Positions 10,042 through 21,316 of a DNA stretch of 64,000 nt are shown in pieces; the stretch's first letter is position 1, and every line of letters starts with the position of its first letter. The position numbers and the translations under genes were made by a program. Under the pieces are notes generated by a model that was not told where the DNA came from, ran no database searches, and saw only the letters and a list, made by a program, of their open reading frames with translations. Source of the stretch: a virus (Duplodnaviria; Heunggongvirae; Uroviricota; Caudoviricetes); IMG/VR virus record IMGVR_UViG_3300029554_000003, positions 13,064-77,063 of that record; one strand, written 5' to 3'.

Positions 10042-10051
10042 GTGTTATAAT
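10023..10051 (+). promoter_or_regulatory. sigmaA/70-type promoter
   Basis: TTGACT-17 nt-TATAAT with extended -10 TG. Confidence 0.8.
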
Positions 10052-10092
10052 ATATTTATAAAGAAATCCAATAGAAAGGAGTAGCATAAATT

Positions 10093-10491
10093 ATGCGAAT
10101 GGCAAAATGTCCTATGTGCGGGCAGCATAATGTCAACGGTTTTAAAAAGCACAACAAGTGGTATTCAACTTGTTATAATAAGGAGTGCCGATACACTACA
10201 GAAGTAGGTATGCCGACACGTAAAATGAGTCGCTTTAATTGGAATCTAAACTATGAACATTTAACTGGCGAGATTCTTCCTGATGAAATGACTGGTCGGC
10301 AGAAGGGCGCTTATATGAAAAAGGAGATTCGTTATGGCGTACCAGAATTAGTACAATGTTTTTCTCAAGAGGACTTTGAGAAGTGGGAAGAAAAGTACGA
10401 TATTTCTAAGGTTGATTGGGTAAAGGAAAGCGGTAAGCATTGCAAACGAGGTAAGCGAGTTGTTTTTATAGGCCAGAAGAAGGACAAATAA
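10093..10491 (+). CDS. Zn-ribbon hypothetical protein
   Basis: CPMC...CYNKEC; RBS AAGGAG. Confidence 0.6.
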   Translation: MRMAKCPMCGQHNVNGFKKHNKWYSTCYNKECRYTTEVGMPTRKMSRFNWNLNYEHLTGEILPDEMTGRQKGAYMKKEIRYGVPELVQCFSQEDFEKWEEKYDISKVDWVKESGKHCKRGKRVVFIGQKKDK

Positions 10492-10655
10492 TGAGTGCAG
10501 AAATTTGCGGAGACAATCGTTTCTTAGTGATTGAGCGAGCAAAAAACGATTTATTTGAAAGCACCAACATTGAAACGGCTCCAAGAGAAGTTGAAGTTAT
10601 TGATAGTATTCTTTTTCGTTGTTGGCAAATGGGCTGGTTAAAAAAATATGAATAG
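10491..10655 (+). CDS. Small hypothetical protein (54 aa)
   Basis: MSAEICGDNRF...FRCWQMGWLKKYE; TAATG-coupled; fills the gap before dnaE; not in ORF track. Confidence 0.65.
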   Translation: MSAEICGDNRFLVIERAKNDLFESTNIETAPREVEVIDSILFRCWQMGWLKKYE

Positions 10656-10665
10656 AGGGACAGAG

Positions 10666-13175
10666 ATGCCAATGACAAATCAATATCCCGGCAGTCTTCA
10701 TAACCACACAGATTTTTCAAATCTTAGGCTTAAAGATTCAATTAATACTGTAGACCGTTTAATGGATTATGCTTTGGAGCTTGGTCAAGACGTATTAGCC
10801 TTTACAGAACATGAGTCAGTAGCTAATGCAGTTAAAATTCAAGAAGCATATGAAAAGCGCAAACAAGATAATCCAAATTTCAAAGTAATTCTGGGCAATG
10901 AGATATACCTTGTCCGTAATGGTCTTAATAAGGATAATTTTAATCCAGAAGAAGATAGGTATTTCCACTTCATCCTTTTGGCTAAAAATGCAGAAGGTCA
11001 CAAACAAATTCGTGAGATTTCAACACGAGCTTGGATGCGCTCTTATATGGCTCGTGGTATGCGGCGAGTGCCAACATATTATCAAGACTTAATTGATATT
11101 ATTAGTAAAAATAAAGGCAATATTATTGCTTCAACCGCCTGCCTTGGTGGGCAATTACCAGCTTATCTTCTTAAATATAAGCAAACGCATGATAAAGCAG
11201 ACATTGAACAGGCTATCAAGTGGCTCAAAGGAATGGTTAAACTTTTTGGCAAAGGTAACTTTTTTCTAGAAATGCAACCTTCTCACAACGAAGAACAAAT
11301 TTATGTTAATAAATGGATTAAAAAATTATCTCATAAATTAGATATTCCATATATTATCACTTGTGATGCTCACTATTTAAAGAAAGACGAAGCATTTATC
11401 CATGAGACATACCTAAAGTCTCAAAACGGCGAGCGCGAAGTCTCTGAATTTTATGCAACTACTTATCTTATGGGGACAAAAGAGCTTGAAGGATTCTTTG
11501 AGTATTTTACCAAGGAAGATATTTATGCCGCATATGAGAATATTGAATATATTAAGAGTCAATGCGAAGATTATAATCTGAAAAAGCCGTTAAAGATTCC
11601 TCAGCTACCTTGGAAAGATAGTTATATTACAGATGAACAGGTAAAGTCTTTTCAAGATAAAATTCCTAATCTGAAATATCTAACCGAATCTGATTTTGAT
11701 GGTGATAAACTTCTTGGTCGATTGATTCTTCAAGGCATTCAAGAGAAAGAAGATTTACAGAATCAAGATGCCTACGATGAAATCAATGTTGAATTAGAGT
11801 CTGTTTACCAAAGTTCTCTTGTAAATAAAACGCACTGGTCTTCATATTTTCTTAATTTACAGAAAATTATTGATACCATTTGGGAAGCTGGTTCCATTGT
11901 TGGCTGCTCACGAGGAAGTGGCGGCGGCTTCCTTATCTTGTATGTTCTGGGCATTATTCAGATTAACTGTTTAAGGGAAACTACAAAGACCTTTCATTGG
12001 AGGTTCCTTAATCCCGCACGTGTCTCTGTCTTGGATGTAGACATTGACGTATCTGGTCTTCGCCGCAAGCAGATTCTAGATAAGTTTAGAGAAGTCTATG
12101 GCGAAGATAGAGTTTGCAATGTTCTTACTCTTGGTACAGAAAGCACAAAATCAGCTATTCTAAGTGCGGCAAGAGGTCTTGGAATTGATAATGATGTGGC
12201 ACAATATATTGCTTCTCTAGTTCCTTCTGACCGTGGTTTAATTCGTTCTTTGCATCAGTGCTACTATGGTGATAGTAAAGAAGGAATAAAACCAGTTATT
12301 CCTTTCGTCAATGAAATGAAACAGCGTCCAAAATTATGGGAAGTTGCTTGTCGAATTGAAGGTCTAATCTGTCGCTCTGGAATACACGCGGGAGGACTTG
12401 TCTTTGTTGATGAGCCATTCACGGAGACGGCTGCTCTTATGCGTGCTCCTGATGGGACTATTATTAGTCAATTTGACCTCCATGACCTTGAAAAATTATC
12501 ACTCATTAAATACGACCTACTTTCTGTCGAAGCAATGGACAAGATTCAGGTCTGTCTTGAGCTGTTAGTAAAATATGGTTATCTCAAATGGTCTGGAACA
12601 CTGAGAAAAACTTACGAAGATGCTATCGGTATTTACAATCTAGAACGAACAGATTCTAAGATGTGGAAAATGGTATGGGAACATAAGATTCAATCTCTAT
12701 TCCAAATGGAAAAGTCAAGTGGAATTCAAGGTATTGCACTGACGCATCCTAAATCTGTTGATGATTTAGCTACTCTTAATAGTGTAATTCGACTTATGGC
12801 GCAAGAGAAAGGTGCAGAAACGCCTCTTGAAAAGTATGCAAGATTTAAGAAAGATATTTCTTTATGGTATCAAGAAATGGACTCTTATGGTCTAACAAAA
12901 GAAGAGCAAAAGATTCTTGAGCCTGTTCTTAAAATCTCTTATGGCCTGTGCGAAAGTCAAGAGCGTTTCATGATGCTTGTCCAGATTCCAGAATGTGGTG
13001 GCTTTGACCTAAATTTCGCAGATAGGTTAAGAAAAAGCGTAGCCAAAAAACGTCCAGAAGAATACAAAAAATGTGAAAAAGAATACTTTAAACGAGTCCG
13101 AGAACAAGGCTTAAGTAAAAACCTTTGCAATTACGTATGGAACGTATGCGTAGCTACAAGCAGAGGATACGGGTT
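10666..13175 (+). CDS. dnaE: DNA polymerase III alpha subunit (family C), exon 1
   Basis: PHP LHNHTDFS, SRGSGGG, catalytic DVDID, GIHAGG, KYDLL; ends SRGYG-F. Confidence 0.92.
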
Positions 13176-14378
13176 TGAGAAAATTGGACCCTACACGCTA
13201 AAATATTTATCAATATGGTTTTACACTTTATGTTTCTAACCTTTAGCCAAGGAAGAACGTGTAAAGCTAACGAGGGTAAAATCTCGTGGCAAAATTCAAA
13301 AAGGTTATTTACTATATAATATATATGAAGGAGGTGACAATATGCTTTATATTTATAAGTTTACAAATAAGGTTAATGGAAAAATATATATAGGACAAAC
13401 CAATGATATAGAACAAAGAAAGCGTGGGCATAAATCTACAGCCTTCAATGAAAAATCGCATAATTATCATTGTGCTTTCCATAATGCAATTCGTAAATAT
13501 GGATGGAATAACTTTGATTTTGAAATTTTAGAAGAAATAGATGATAGTTTTGGAAGAGAATATTTAAACGAAAGAGAAATTTTCTTTATTTCATACTATC
13601 AATCTCTAACCTCTCAAAACGGTTATAATATTACAAAAGGCGGCGATGGCTGTGCGAAAGAGCAAAAAACTTTTGAAGAATGTGTAGCTTGCAGTAAAAT
13701 ATTTACTTTAAACGAAGTAATTGATATACAGACAATGCTCGTTGAAGGTTACGCCTATTTTGAAATTTATAAAAAGTATCCTAAATTGACAGATAGTTTT
13801 TTATCTAATATTTCGTCTGGTTTAAATTTTTATAATGAAAAACTAGAGTACCCATTAGGCAAAAATAAGACAAGGTTTTCAAAAGATACTCAAGATGAAA
13901 TTATATCTAGTATTAAAAGTGGAATCCAATATAGCGAAATTAAAGAAAAATTTGGGATAAGTACTGGATATATAAGTTCTATCAATTCTGGCAAAAGGTG
14001 GCATCGGGATAATGAAATGTATCCGTTATGCTTTAAGGCATGTGCCAATAATGATTTTGGACAAAAAGCAATACATGATATTATTTTTACAACTTTGTCG
14101 ATGGAAAAACTTGGAAAAGTTTATCATAAGTCTAAAGCAACTTTTACTGCAATTAATGTTGGTAGAAATCGTAACAACCCAGCTTTTAAATATCCATTGC
14201 GTACAAATACTGTAGAAAATCAAAAAATATGGAATGACCTTTTTGAATAATGCTGTATCGACTATCTTGGGTTAGACCGAGAGTACATTTACTATTGATA
14301 CGTAAGTGGAAACAGCGTGCGTTTTCTGGGTGGCACCCAAATTAAAAACGTAAGAAATAGTCAGTTATTAGTATAACG
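13176..14378 (+). mobile_element. Group I intron (1203 nt) with homing endonuclease in dnaE
   Basis: GGGTT|TGAG...TAACG|TAAT; IGS ATTGGACCC; P3 CACGCT(13194)/AGCGTG(14314); P7 GACTAT(14260)/ATAGTC(14357); splicing gives GYGFNLSHTLGY. Confidence 0.9.
13342..14250 (+). CDS. Intron-encoded GIY-YIG homing endonuclease
   Basis: YIYKFTNKVNGKIYIGQT; three C-terminal HTH-like repeats each ending YPL; RBS AAGGAGG. Confidence 0.9.
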   Translation: MLYIYKFTNKVNGKIYIGQTNDIEQRKRGHKSTAFNEKSHNYHCAFHNAIRKYGWNNFDFEILEEIDDSFGREYLNEREIFFISYYQSLTSQNGYNITKGGDGCAKEQKTFEECVACSKIFTLNEVIDIQTMLVEGYAYFEIYKKYPKLTDSFLSNISSGLNFYNEKLEYPLGKNKTRFSKDTQDEIISSIKSGIQYSEIKEKFGISTGYISSINSGKRWHRDNEMYPLCFKACANNDFGQKAIHDIIFTTLSMEKLGKVYHKSKATFTAINVGRNRNNPAFKYPLRTNTVENQKIWNDLFE

Positions 14379-15732
14379 TAATCTTTCACACACTTTAGGA
14401 TATTCGCTTGTAGCTCTTCAAGAAATGAATCTTGCTTACAAATATCCTATTATCTTTTGGAATTGCGCGAACTTAATTGTAGACAGCGGCACAATTGAAG
14501 GTATTGATGACAAAACATCTGATTACAATAAAATCGCACGTGCCGTCAATAAAAATAAATTAGCAGGAATTAAAGTATCGCTTATTGACATAAATAAATC
14601 AGAGCTATCTTTTACACCAGATGCAGAAACAAACACAATTCATTATGGTCTTGGCGGCTTACAAGGTGTAGGCAACGAAGTCGCGCAAATGATTATTGAT
14701 AATCGTCCATATGATTCAGTAGAAGATTTTATGGATAAGACAAAAGTAAATAAAACAGTTATGATTTCTCTAATCAAATCTGGAGCTTTTGACCAATTCG
14801 GAAAACGCAAAGATATTATGAAGCAATATCTATATACTACAATCAATCTCAAAAAACGTTTGACTATGCAGAACTTTAATGCCCTTATCGAAAATAGCCT
14901 TGTGCCGCAAAAGCTCAAATTCCAAAAGCAAGTATTTAATTTTAATAAAGGGCTGAAAAAAGATTGTAAATATAATGTAGATTATTTTGCATTAGATGGT
15001 GTTTACTATAAGTTTTATGTTAAGTTTTTCAACGAAGATAACATTGAACCAATAGACAATAAGTTATGTTTAAGCAAAAAGGCATGGAAAAAAGAATATG
15101 ATTCTGTAATGAGTACAGCCAAACAATATATTACTGATAATCAGCAGGAACTATTGGATAAGTTAAACAATAAAATGTTACAAGATGCTTGGAATAAATA
15201 CGCGGCAGGTACGATTTCTCATTGGGAAATGGAAAGTCTTGGTATGTATTATCATAAGCATGAGTTAATTAATATTGATAATTCATTATATGATATTGTA
15301 GATTATATGAAACTTGACCGCACACCTATTGTAGATTATACGTTCAGACGTAACGGCGCGGAAATTCCCATTTTCAAGACTTTTAAAATTGCGGGAACGG
15401 TTATTGCAAAAGATGAAATGCACTCCCAAATTACACTGCTTACCACTACTGGTGTAGTAGAAGTTAAAATGTCTAAAGAGTATTTTTCACAATACAATAA
15501 ACGTATTAGTGAAGTCAGACCAGACGGTACTAAGAAAATTATGGAGCAAGGTTTCTTCCAGCGTGGCATGATACTGGTATGCAATGGTATTAGACGTGGA
15601 GATACCTTCGTATTAAAGGCGTATAAGCGTAAAGGGAATGCACAGCATCAGCTATATAAAATTACGAAAGTGAATAAAGATGGCACCATAGAAATGACTA
15701 ATAACCGCTATGGCGAAAATGTTGACAATTAA
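14379..15732 (+). CDS. dnaE: DNA polymerase III alpha subunit, exon 2
   Basis: NLSHTLGYS..., HhH GLGGLQGVG, LIKSGAFD, E.ESLGMY, C-terminal OB fold. Confidence 0.9.
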
Positions 15733-15785
15733 ATAAAGTTATGTTATAATATAGGAGTAAACAAAAAGGAAAGGTTTACTCCTAT
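15722..15785 (+). promoter_or_regulatory. sigmaA/70-type promoter followed by a 12-bp hairpin
   Basis: TTGACA-17 nt-TATAAT (15722-15750); ATAGGAGTAAAC/GTTTACTCCTAT stem. Confidence 0.75.
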
Positions 15786-15797
15786 ATTTTTGGAGGT

Positions 15798-16421
15798 TTG
15801 ATGTATCCAATAGTAATTGGCATTTGCGGCAAATCGGCGGCAGGCAAGGATTCAACTGCCACTCACTTAGTCGAAGAGTATAAGAAGATTGGCATCCCAG
15901 CAAAAAAGGTAATCAGTTATACAACCCGTCCTCCAAGAGAGGGAGAAGTTGATGGTGTTGATTATCATTTCGTTGACTTGGAAACTTTCGTTGAAATGCA
16001 ATATGATGATAAGTTTATCGAGCATACTGAGTTTCGTGGGTGGCGATATGGCACTGCAATCAATTCATTCGATGATGATTGTATAAATATCTGTGTCCTT
16101 AATCCTGTTGGTATGACAAAGCTCGAAAGACTTTGTCCTTGGACATTACAATGCGAATGCTTTTATCTGAAAGTTCCTTTACTTGTGCGACTCAAGCGTT
16201 CTATTAACCGAGAGCATACTTTCAAGTGGGAATTCATTAGACGAGCATTCGCAGACTGGGAAGATTTTAGTGGAGGATATGATGATTACTTTGGATATGG
16301 TTCACATGAGCATGTGCTTCGCTATCGAGGTAGCCGCACAGATTTTGTATCCAGTATTATGAATACTGACGAATTAATTCATACAGTTTCACAGCTAAAA
16401 CGTAAACATTTATCCAAATAA
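15798..16421 (+). CDS. gmk: Guanylate kinase-like nucleotide monophosphate kinase
   Basis: GKSAAGKDS, SYTTRPPREGEVDGVDYHFV, YGT. Confidence 0.85.
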   Translation: MMYPIVIGICGKSAAGKDSTATHLVEEYKKIGIPAKKVISYTTRPPREGEVDGVDYHFVDLETFVEMQYDDKFIEHTEFRGWRYGTAINSFDDDCINICVLNPVGMTKLERLCPWTLQCECFYLKVPLLVRLKRSINREHTFKWEFIRRAFADWEDFSGGYDDYFGYGSHEHVLRYRGSRTDFVSSIMNTDELIHTVSQLKRKHLSK

Positions 16422-16427
16422 ACGCAT

Positions 16428-16466
16428 GGGCATAAGTTTAGAAAGTTTATTAACCAATTTTTATAT
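16428..16466 (+). promoter_or_regulatory. GGGCA-N25-TTTT motif copy
   Basis: GGGCATAA...TTTTTATAT with the same spacing as six minus-strand copies. Confidence 0.55.
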
Positions 16467-16483
16467 AAGAGAAAGAGGATAAA

Positions 16484-16936
16484 ATGATTTTTCAAGTACG
16501 ACAAGGAGTGTTTGAAACTAATTCAAGCTCAACACATACGTTAACTATCTGCTCAAAAGATGATTTTGACAAGTGGAGACGCGGCGAGGTGTTTTGGCTT
16601 GACAATGATTGGCACAAGTTAGATACAAATAAGAATTTTGTCACTCCAAAAGAGCTAGAAGAGCTTGCAGAAAAGTACAATGAAGAACAGCAGGAGCGCA
16701 TTGACGCAGGAGATAAGTTCGCTAAGGTGCTTGATATTGACAAAGTTCTTAATGAGCGTCCAGATTACGATAGTTGGAGAGATAGCTATTGGGACACTGA
16801 GCGTAGTTCGCTTGAAGCATATACAACAGATGATTTCTATGTGCGTAATGGCGACCTTGAAACCTATAGTGAAACTTTTACTTCTCCTTCTGGTGACGAA
16901 ATGGTAGCGTTTGGAGCGTTTGGATATGATGACTAA
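16484..16936 (+). CDS. Conserved phage hypothetical protein (FETNSSSTH motif)
   Basis: N-terminal R.GVFETNSSSTH and C-terminal VAFGAFGYD. Confidence 0.7.
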   Translation: MIFQVRQGVFETNSSSTHTLTICSKDDFDKWRRGEVFWLDNDWHKLDTNKNFVTPKELEELAEKYNEEQQERIDAGDKFAKVLDIDKVLNERPDYDSWRDSYWDTERSSLEAYTTDDFYVRNGDLETYSETFTSPSGDEMVAFGAFGYDD

Positions 16937-17888
16937 AGATTGGAATATGACAGCCAAAGGTTTTGACCCTCGCCCTTCCAATTGTGTTTCTTACAATAAT
17001 GGTAACTATACAGTTACGTTATCTCTTGCAGACGGGACTATGATTCGATACAGTAAAGATGATAAATTAGTTCCGTCTTTTCCTGACTCAATGGATATTA
17101 AAATTACCAACTGCTGTTCGCTGAACTGCCGCTATTGTCACGAGAAATCGACAAAGGATGGACAGCATGGAGACATCTTATCAAATAGCTTTATTGACAA
17201 ACTTCATCCTTATACTCAATTAGCTTTGGGCGGTGGTAATATCCTAGAGCATCCCGACCTTGTACCTTTTCTAAAGAAGTGTAAGGAACTAAAGTTAGTC
17301 CCATCTGTAACAGTGAACCAGATTCATTTTATGCAACAGCATAAGTTTCTCAAGCAGTTGACAGATGAAAAGCTAATCTACGGTTTAGGTATTTCTTTCC
17401 ATCACCCTGATAAGAATTTCCTGCTTATGCTCCGCAGCTTTCCTAATGCGGTCATTCATACTATCGCAGGTATCACCAAGGAAAGAGATTATGAGTTTCT
17501 TTATGACAATGGCTTAAAGATTCTTATTCTTGGATATAAGAAATTCGGTCGTGGAATTCAAGCCTACCAAGAGTCTCACCAACACATTGATTATAGTATC
17601 ATAAATCTTAAACACCTTTTACCATATATGGTAAAAGAAAAATGGTTTGATAGTATTTCATTTGACAACCTTGCATTAAAACAACTTGACGTAAAGAACC
17701 TTGTACCACGAGATAAATGGGACATGTTCTATATGGGCGATGAAGGTAGTTCCACGATGTATGTTGATATGGTCAATCGTGAGTTTGCGGCGAATTCTAC
17801 GTCTGAAACTCGCTATCCTCTTTTGGACAACATAGAAGATATGTTAAAAGTAATTCACCAAGAGAAGAAGGAGAAAGATATTGACTAA
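16926..17888 (+). CDS. Radical SAM protein
   Basis: CSLNCRYC (CxxxCxxC), ALGGGN. Confidence 0.85.
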   Translation: MMTKDWNMTAKGFDPRPSNCVSYNNGNYTVTLSLADGTMIRYSKDDKLVPSFPDSMDIKITNCCSLNCRYCHEKSTKDGQHGDILSNSFIDKLHPYTQLALGGGNILEHPDLVPFLKKCKELKLVPSVTVNQIHFMQQHKFLKQLTDEKLIYGLGISFHHPDKNFLLMLRSFPNAVIHTIAGITKERDYEFLYDNGLKILILGYKKFGRGIQAYQESHQHIDYSIINLKHLLPYMVKEKWFDSISFDNLALKQLDVKNLVPRDKWDMFYMGDEGSSTMYVDMVNREFAANSTSETRYPLLDNIEDMLKVIHQEKKEKDID

Positions 17889-20070
17889 ATATATTACAAA
17901 ACGAAATGGAAATAAAGTAGAGTTTGATATTTCTAAAATTGAAAATGCGGTATTTCGTGCAGCGTATGATGTTTCTGGTACTCTTGGATGGACATGGACG
18001 TTTTGCCATGAGGTTGCGAAAGATATTGCGCATGACTTTGAGAAAGCCGAATACTATCATGATGGTATGACAGTCGAAGAAATTCAAGATGCTGTTGAAG
18101 AACTGCTCATGGGTGATTTCCCGCATGTTGCAAAGTCATATATGATTTATCGCTATGAGCATCAAATTGCACGCCAAGAAAATTTTGAAGATGAATTACA
18201 AAAAATTGTAAATAATGATACTTCGAGTGCATATGCGTATGAAAATAGCAACAAAGATTTTACGTCTGTTGCTATTCAGAGAGACTATATTGCTGGCATG
18301 ATGTCAACAAAATTAGCTTTAAAATATATTTTTCCAAAAGACGTTGTGCAAGCTCACAAAGATGGTTACCTGTATTTACATGATTTAGATTATTCATTCC
18401 AGCATACTTTAAATAATTGTGGCCTATTAAATCTCGAAGATATGTTGAATAATGGTACTGTAATTAGTGGGGTCAAAATTGAAAAACCGCATTCTTTATT
18501 AACTGCCACTACTATTGCAACGCAAATTATGATGCAGGTAGCAAACTTTCAGTATGGCGGCCAAACAATTAATTTGGGCCACTTAGCTCCATTTGTAAGA
18601 ATTTCTTATGAAAAGTATTTACAGAAATATAAAGATTATGGTTTAGATGAAAAACAGGCAAAGTCTTTTGCGGAAAAGGATATTAAAAAAGAGATTCGAG
18701 ATAGTATTCAATGCCTTAATTATCAGTTAAGTACACTGTTCAGTGCTGGGTCAGGGCAGACTCCTTTTGCATCTGTATTTATTTACCTGAATGATAATCC
18801 TGAATATATAAAAGAGCTTATTGCGTTAACAGAGGAATTACTTGAACAGAGACTTCTTGGTATGCCTAATGAAGATGGTGTGCGAGTAACTCAGGCTTTT
18901 CCTAAGATTTTGTATTGTCTAGATGAAGATAATTATAAGCCAGGCACAAAATATTGGTGGCTTACAGCAAAAGCAGCCAATTGCTCTATTCATCGTCTTG
19001 TCCCAGATTTTATCTCAGTAAAGAAAAGCAAGGAGCTAAAAGAAGGCTATGTTGTACCCAACATGGGTTGTCGTTCGTTCCTCGCTCCTTGGTACGATAA
19101 AGATGGAAAAGCAAAATTCTGGGGTCGTTGGAATTTAGGAGTTTGCTCTTTAAACCCACTTCTAATGGCTTATGATAGTCATAAAGATGAAGATAAGTTT
19201 TTCGAGATTTTAAAAAATAAAGCGGAATTGGCAAAGAAAAGTCTTGAAGTGCGAGCTAAACGCTTAGCTAATACTAAATCAGATGTAGCTCCTATCCTTT
19301 GGCAGCATGGAGTCTATGCTCGTTTAAAGCCAGGCGAGACATTAAAAGAAATGGTGTACAATGGTTATTGCTCCGCTTCTTTAGGCTTTATCGGCCTAGC
19401 AGAAGTAACACAATATATGAAGGGCGTTAGTATTGCAACTCCCGAAGGTGAAGCATTTGCGACAAAAATTATGAGTTTCTTGAGCGATTTATGTGCCAAA
19501 TGGAAAGAAGAAACCGGAATCGGATTTTCACTTTATTCAACCCCCTCAGAAAATTACTGTGGTAAGGCTTGTCATGCTGTAAAAGCCAAATATGCGGAGC
19601 AATTTAAATCTGATTTTGGGGAAACAAAAGATTACTTAGAGAACTCCTATCATATTCCTTCGTGTGAAGAAATCGACCCGTTCTCAAAAATTACCATTGA
19701 AGGAAGACTACAGGCACATAGTCTAGGCGGTTGCCTAAGCTATATCAATTGCGCTGATATTACAACTAATCCATCTGCTATTTACAAGGTGCTTGAATGT
19801 ATCTATAATAATTGTCTATATTGTGAAATTAATGTTATTACTTCCTATTGCCATACATGTGGACAGAAACAAACAATTCATGTCCATGAAAAGGAAGACG
19901 GCAGTACTTGGTGGGAATGTGATAATTGCGGTGAAACAGACCAAAACAAGATGGACGTAGCAGCGCGTACGTGCGGCTACATTGGCACTAATTGGTGGAA
20001 TAGTTCTAAGACCCAAGAGATTGCTAGAAGGTATTATAATTTAGATAACCATGAGATTGGTGAAGAATGA
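17881..20070 (+). CDS. nrdD: Anaerobic ribonucleoside-triphosphate reductase
   Basis: ATP cone ITKRNG...FD..KI, HDLD, NNC, MGCRS, CxxC pairs, glycyl-radical RTCGYI. Confidence 0.95.
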   Translation: MTKYITKRNGNKVEFDISKIENAVFRAAYDVSGTLGWTWTFCHEVAKDIAHDFEKAEYYHDGMTVEEIQDAVEELLMGDFPHVAKSYMIYRYEHQIARQENFEDELQKIVNNDTSSAYAYENSNKDFTSVAIQRDYIAGMMSTKLALKYIFPKDVVQAHKDGYLYLHDLDYSFQHTLNNCGLLNLEDMLNNGTVISGVKIEKPHSLLTATTIATQIMMQVANFQYGGQTINLGHLAPFVRISYEKYLQKYKDYGLDEKQAKSFAEKDIKKEIRDSIQCLNYQLSTLFSAGSGQTPFASVFIYLNDNPEYIKELIALTEELLEQRLLGMPNEDGVRVTQAFPKILYCLDEDNYKPGTKYWWLTAKAANCSIHRLVPDFISVKKSKELKEGYVVPNMGCRSFLAPWYDKDGKAKFWGRWNLGVCSLNPLLMAYDSHKDEDKFFEILKNKAELAKKSLEVRAKRLANTKSDVAPILWQHGVYARLKPGETLKEMVYNGYCSASLGFIGLAEVTQYMKGVSIATPEGEAFATKIMSFLSDLCAKWKEETGIGFSLYSTPSENYCGKACHAVKAKYAEQFKSDFGETKDYLENSYHIPSCEEIDPFSKITIEGRLQAHSLGGCLSYINCADITTNPSAIYKVLECIYNNCLYCEINVITSYCHTCGQKQTIHVHEKEDGSTWWECDNCGETDQNKMDVAARTCGYIGTNWWNSSKTQEIARRYYNLDNHEIGEE

Positions 20071-20591
20071 GATATTTTCAAATAAGGTCAATGGATATTA
20101 GCAACGGTATCGGCATTGGTACTAGCATCTTTCTATCTGGCTGTCATTTTCATTGCAAGAATTGTCATAACCAAGAGCTATGGGATTTCAATTGCGGCAA
20201 TGAATATACTAATGATGTTAAGAATAAAATCTTAAAGACTATCCAGCCAAAATGGGTAGAAAGATTTTCAATCCTAGGTGGGGAACCATTAGAGACAATC
20301 AACTTAAAAGAGCTATTAGCTCTTATCGAAAACATTAAGGTCTTACGTCCTGATATTAAGATTTGGATTTATACTGGGTACACCTATGAACAACTCCAAG
20401 AGAGAATCAAAAAGAATAAAGACGATTATTATCTAGAACCTATTTTGCGACTCGCCGATGTTCTAGTAGATGGCCCATTTATCCAAGAGAAGAAAGATTT
20501 AACGCTTGCTTTTAAAGGCAGTTCTAATCAACGAGTAATTGACCTTCAAAAGACACACGCGGCAAATGACATTGTGCTTTTGGATATTTAA
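20067..20591 (+). CDS. nrdG: Anaerobic RNR activating enzyme
   Basis: NGIG, GCHFHCKNC, LGGEP, DVLVDGPF, GSSNQR. Confidence 0.95.
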   Translation: MRYFQIRSMDISNGIGIGTSIFLSGCHFHCKNCHNQELWDFNCGNEYTNDVKNKILKTIQPKWVERFSILGGEPLETINLKELLALIENIKVLRPDIKIWIYTGYTYEQLQERIKKNKDDYYLEPILRLADVLVDGPFIQEKKDLTLAFKGSSNQRVIDLQKTHAANDIVLLDI

Positions 20592-20660
20592 AAATGAGGG
20601 ATAGATTTTGTTCTATCCCTCATTTTTTTTATTGACTTTTGTAGAGCGTTATGATATAAT
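20590..20660 (+). terminator. Terminator followed by sigmaA-type promoter
   Basis: ATGAGGGATAGA/TCTATCCCTCAT plus T run; TTGACT(20632)-17 nt-TATAAT(20655). Confidence 0.8.
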
Positions 20661-20691
20661 ATAATTACAAACAAGAAAGAAAGGAAAATAT

Positions 20692-21066
20692 ATGGGCGAA
20701 GCAGTAATTGACAATTATGCTATCAATAAAAAAATGTATGCCAAGATTACGCCACCTTCACAGGATGAAGTAAATGCAATGTTCGTCAATGTAGGGGCAT
20801 GGCTTTCAACGCATCATAAAAAGCATTACTATATGCTACTTAATAATGAACTTCATTATTACACTACATTCAATCTTAAAAACCCGAATTATGATAAGAT
20901 GATTCAAGAACTCAAAGAATGTCTTGCATTCCGTGGCCGCATTCTCGACATTGAATATCAGCACGCAGAAGACACTTATCAGATTTGGGTTAAAGAATAT
21001 AAGACTGATAATGTTTATATGTTTATGCTATTTGAAGCAGAAGATTTTGTAATTGAGGTAGAATAA
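20692..21066 (+). CDS. Hypothetical protein
   Basis: 124 aa, RBS AAAGGA. Confidence 0.7.
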   Translation: MGEAVIDNYAINKKMYAKITPPSQDEVNAMFVNVGAWLSTHHKKHYYMLLNNELHYYTTFNLKNPNYDKMIQELKECLAFRGRILDIEYQHAEDTYQIWVKEYKTDNVYMFMLFEAEDFVIEVE

Positions 21067-21314
21067 TGAATAAGTTAATCGTGGCGGCTTTTCCCGCGTC
21101 AGCTATTAAGTTTATGGTACAAGGTGACACAGAGCAGGTCGATTCACAAAAGATGTGTTGGTTCCCTGAATTTGAAGAAAATCTTACACCGTATCTAGAA
21201 AAAGAATATGGTATTCAAGAAATTTATGTTCTTGGTCCTAAGAGTTATATTCCAGAAGTAGTAAGTAAAATTAAGGGTCTTACGACTCTACCTGTTATTG
21301 AGGAAGGTATTTAA
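21066..21314 (+). CDS. Hypothetical protein
   Basis: 82 aa, TAATG coupled. Confidence 0.65.
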   Translation: MNKLIVAAFPASAIKFMVQGDTEQVDSQKMCWFPEFEENLTPYLEKEYGIQEIYVLGPKSYIPEVVSKIKGLTTLPVIEEGI

Positions 21315-21316
21315 TT

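Noticed and set aside
4681..15732. Helicase and dnaE as pseudogenes or intein-containing genes
   Set aside because: The interruptions contain in-frame stops and full group I signatures; no intein C...HN ends.
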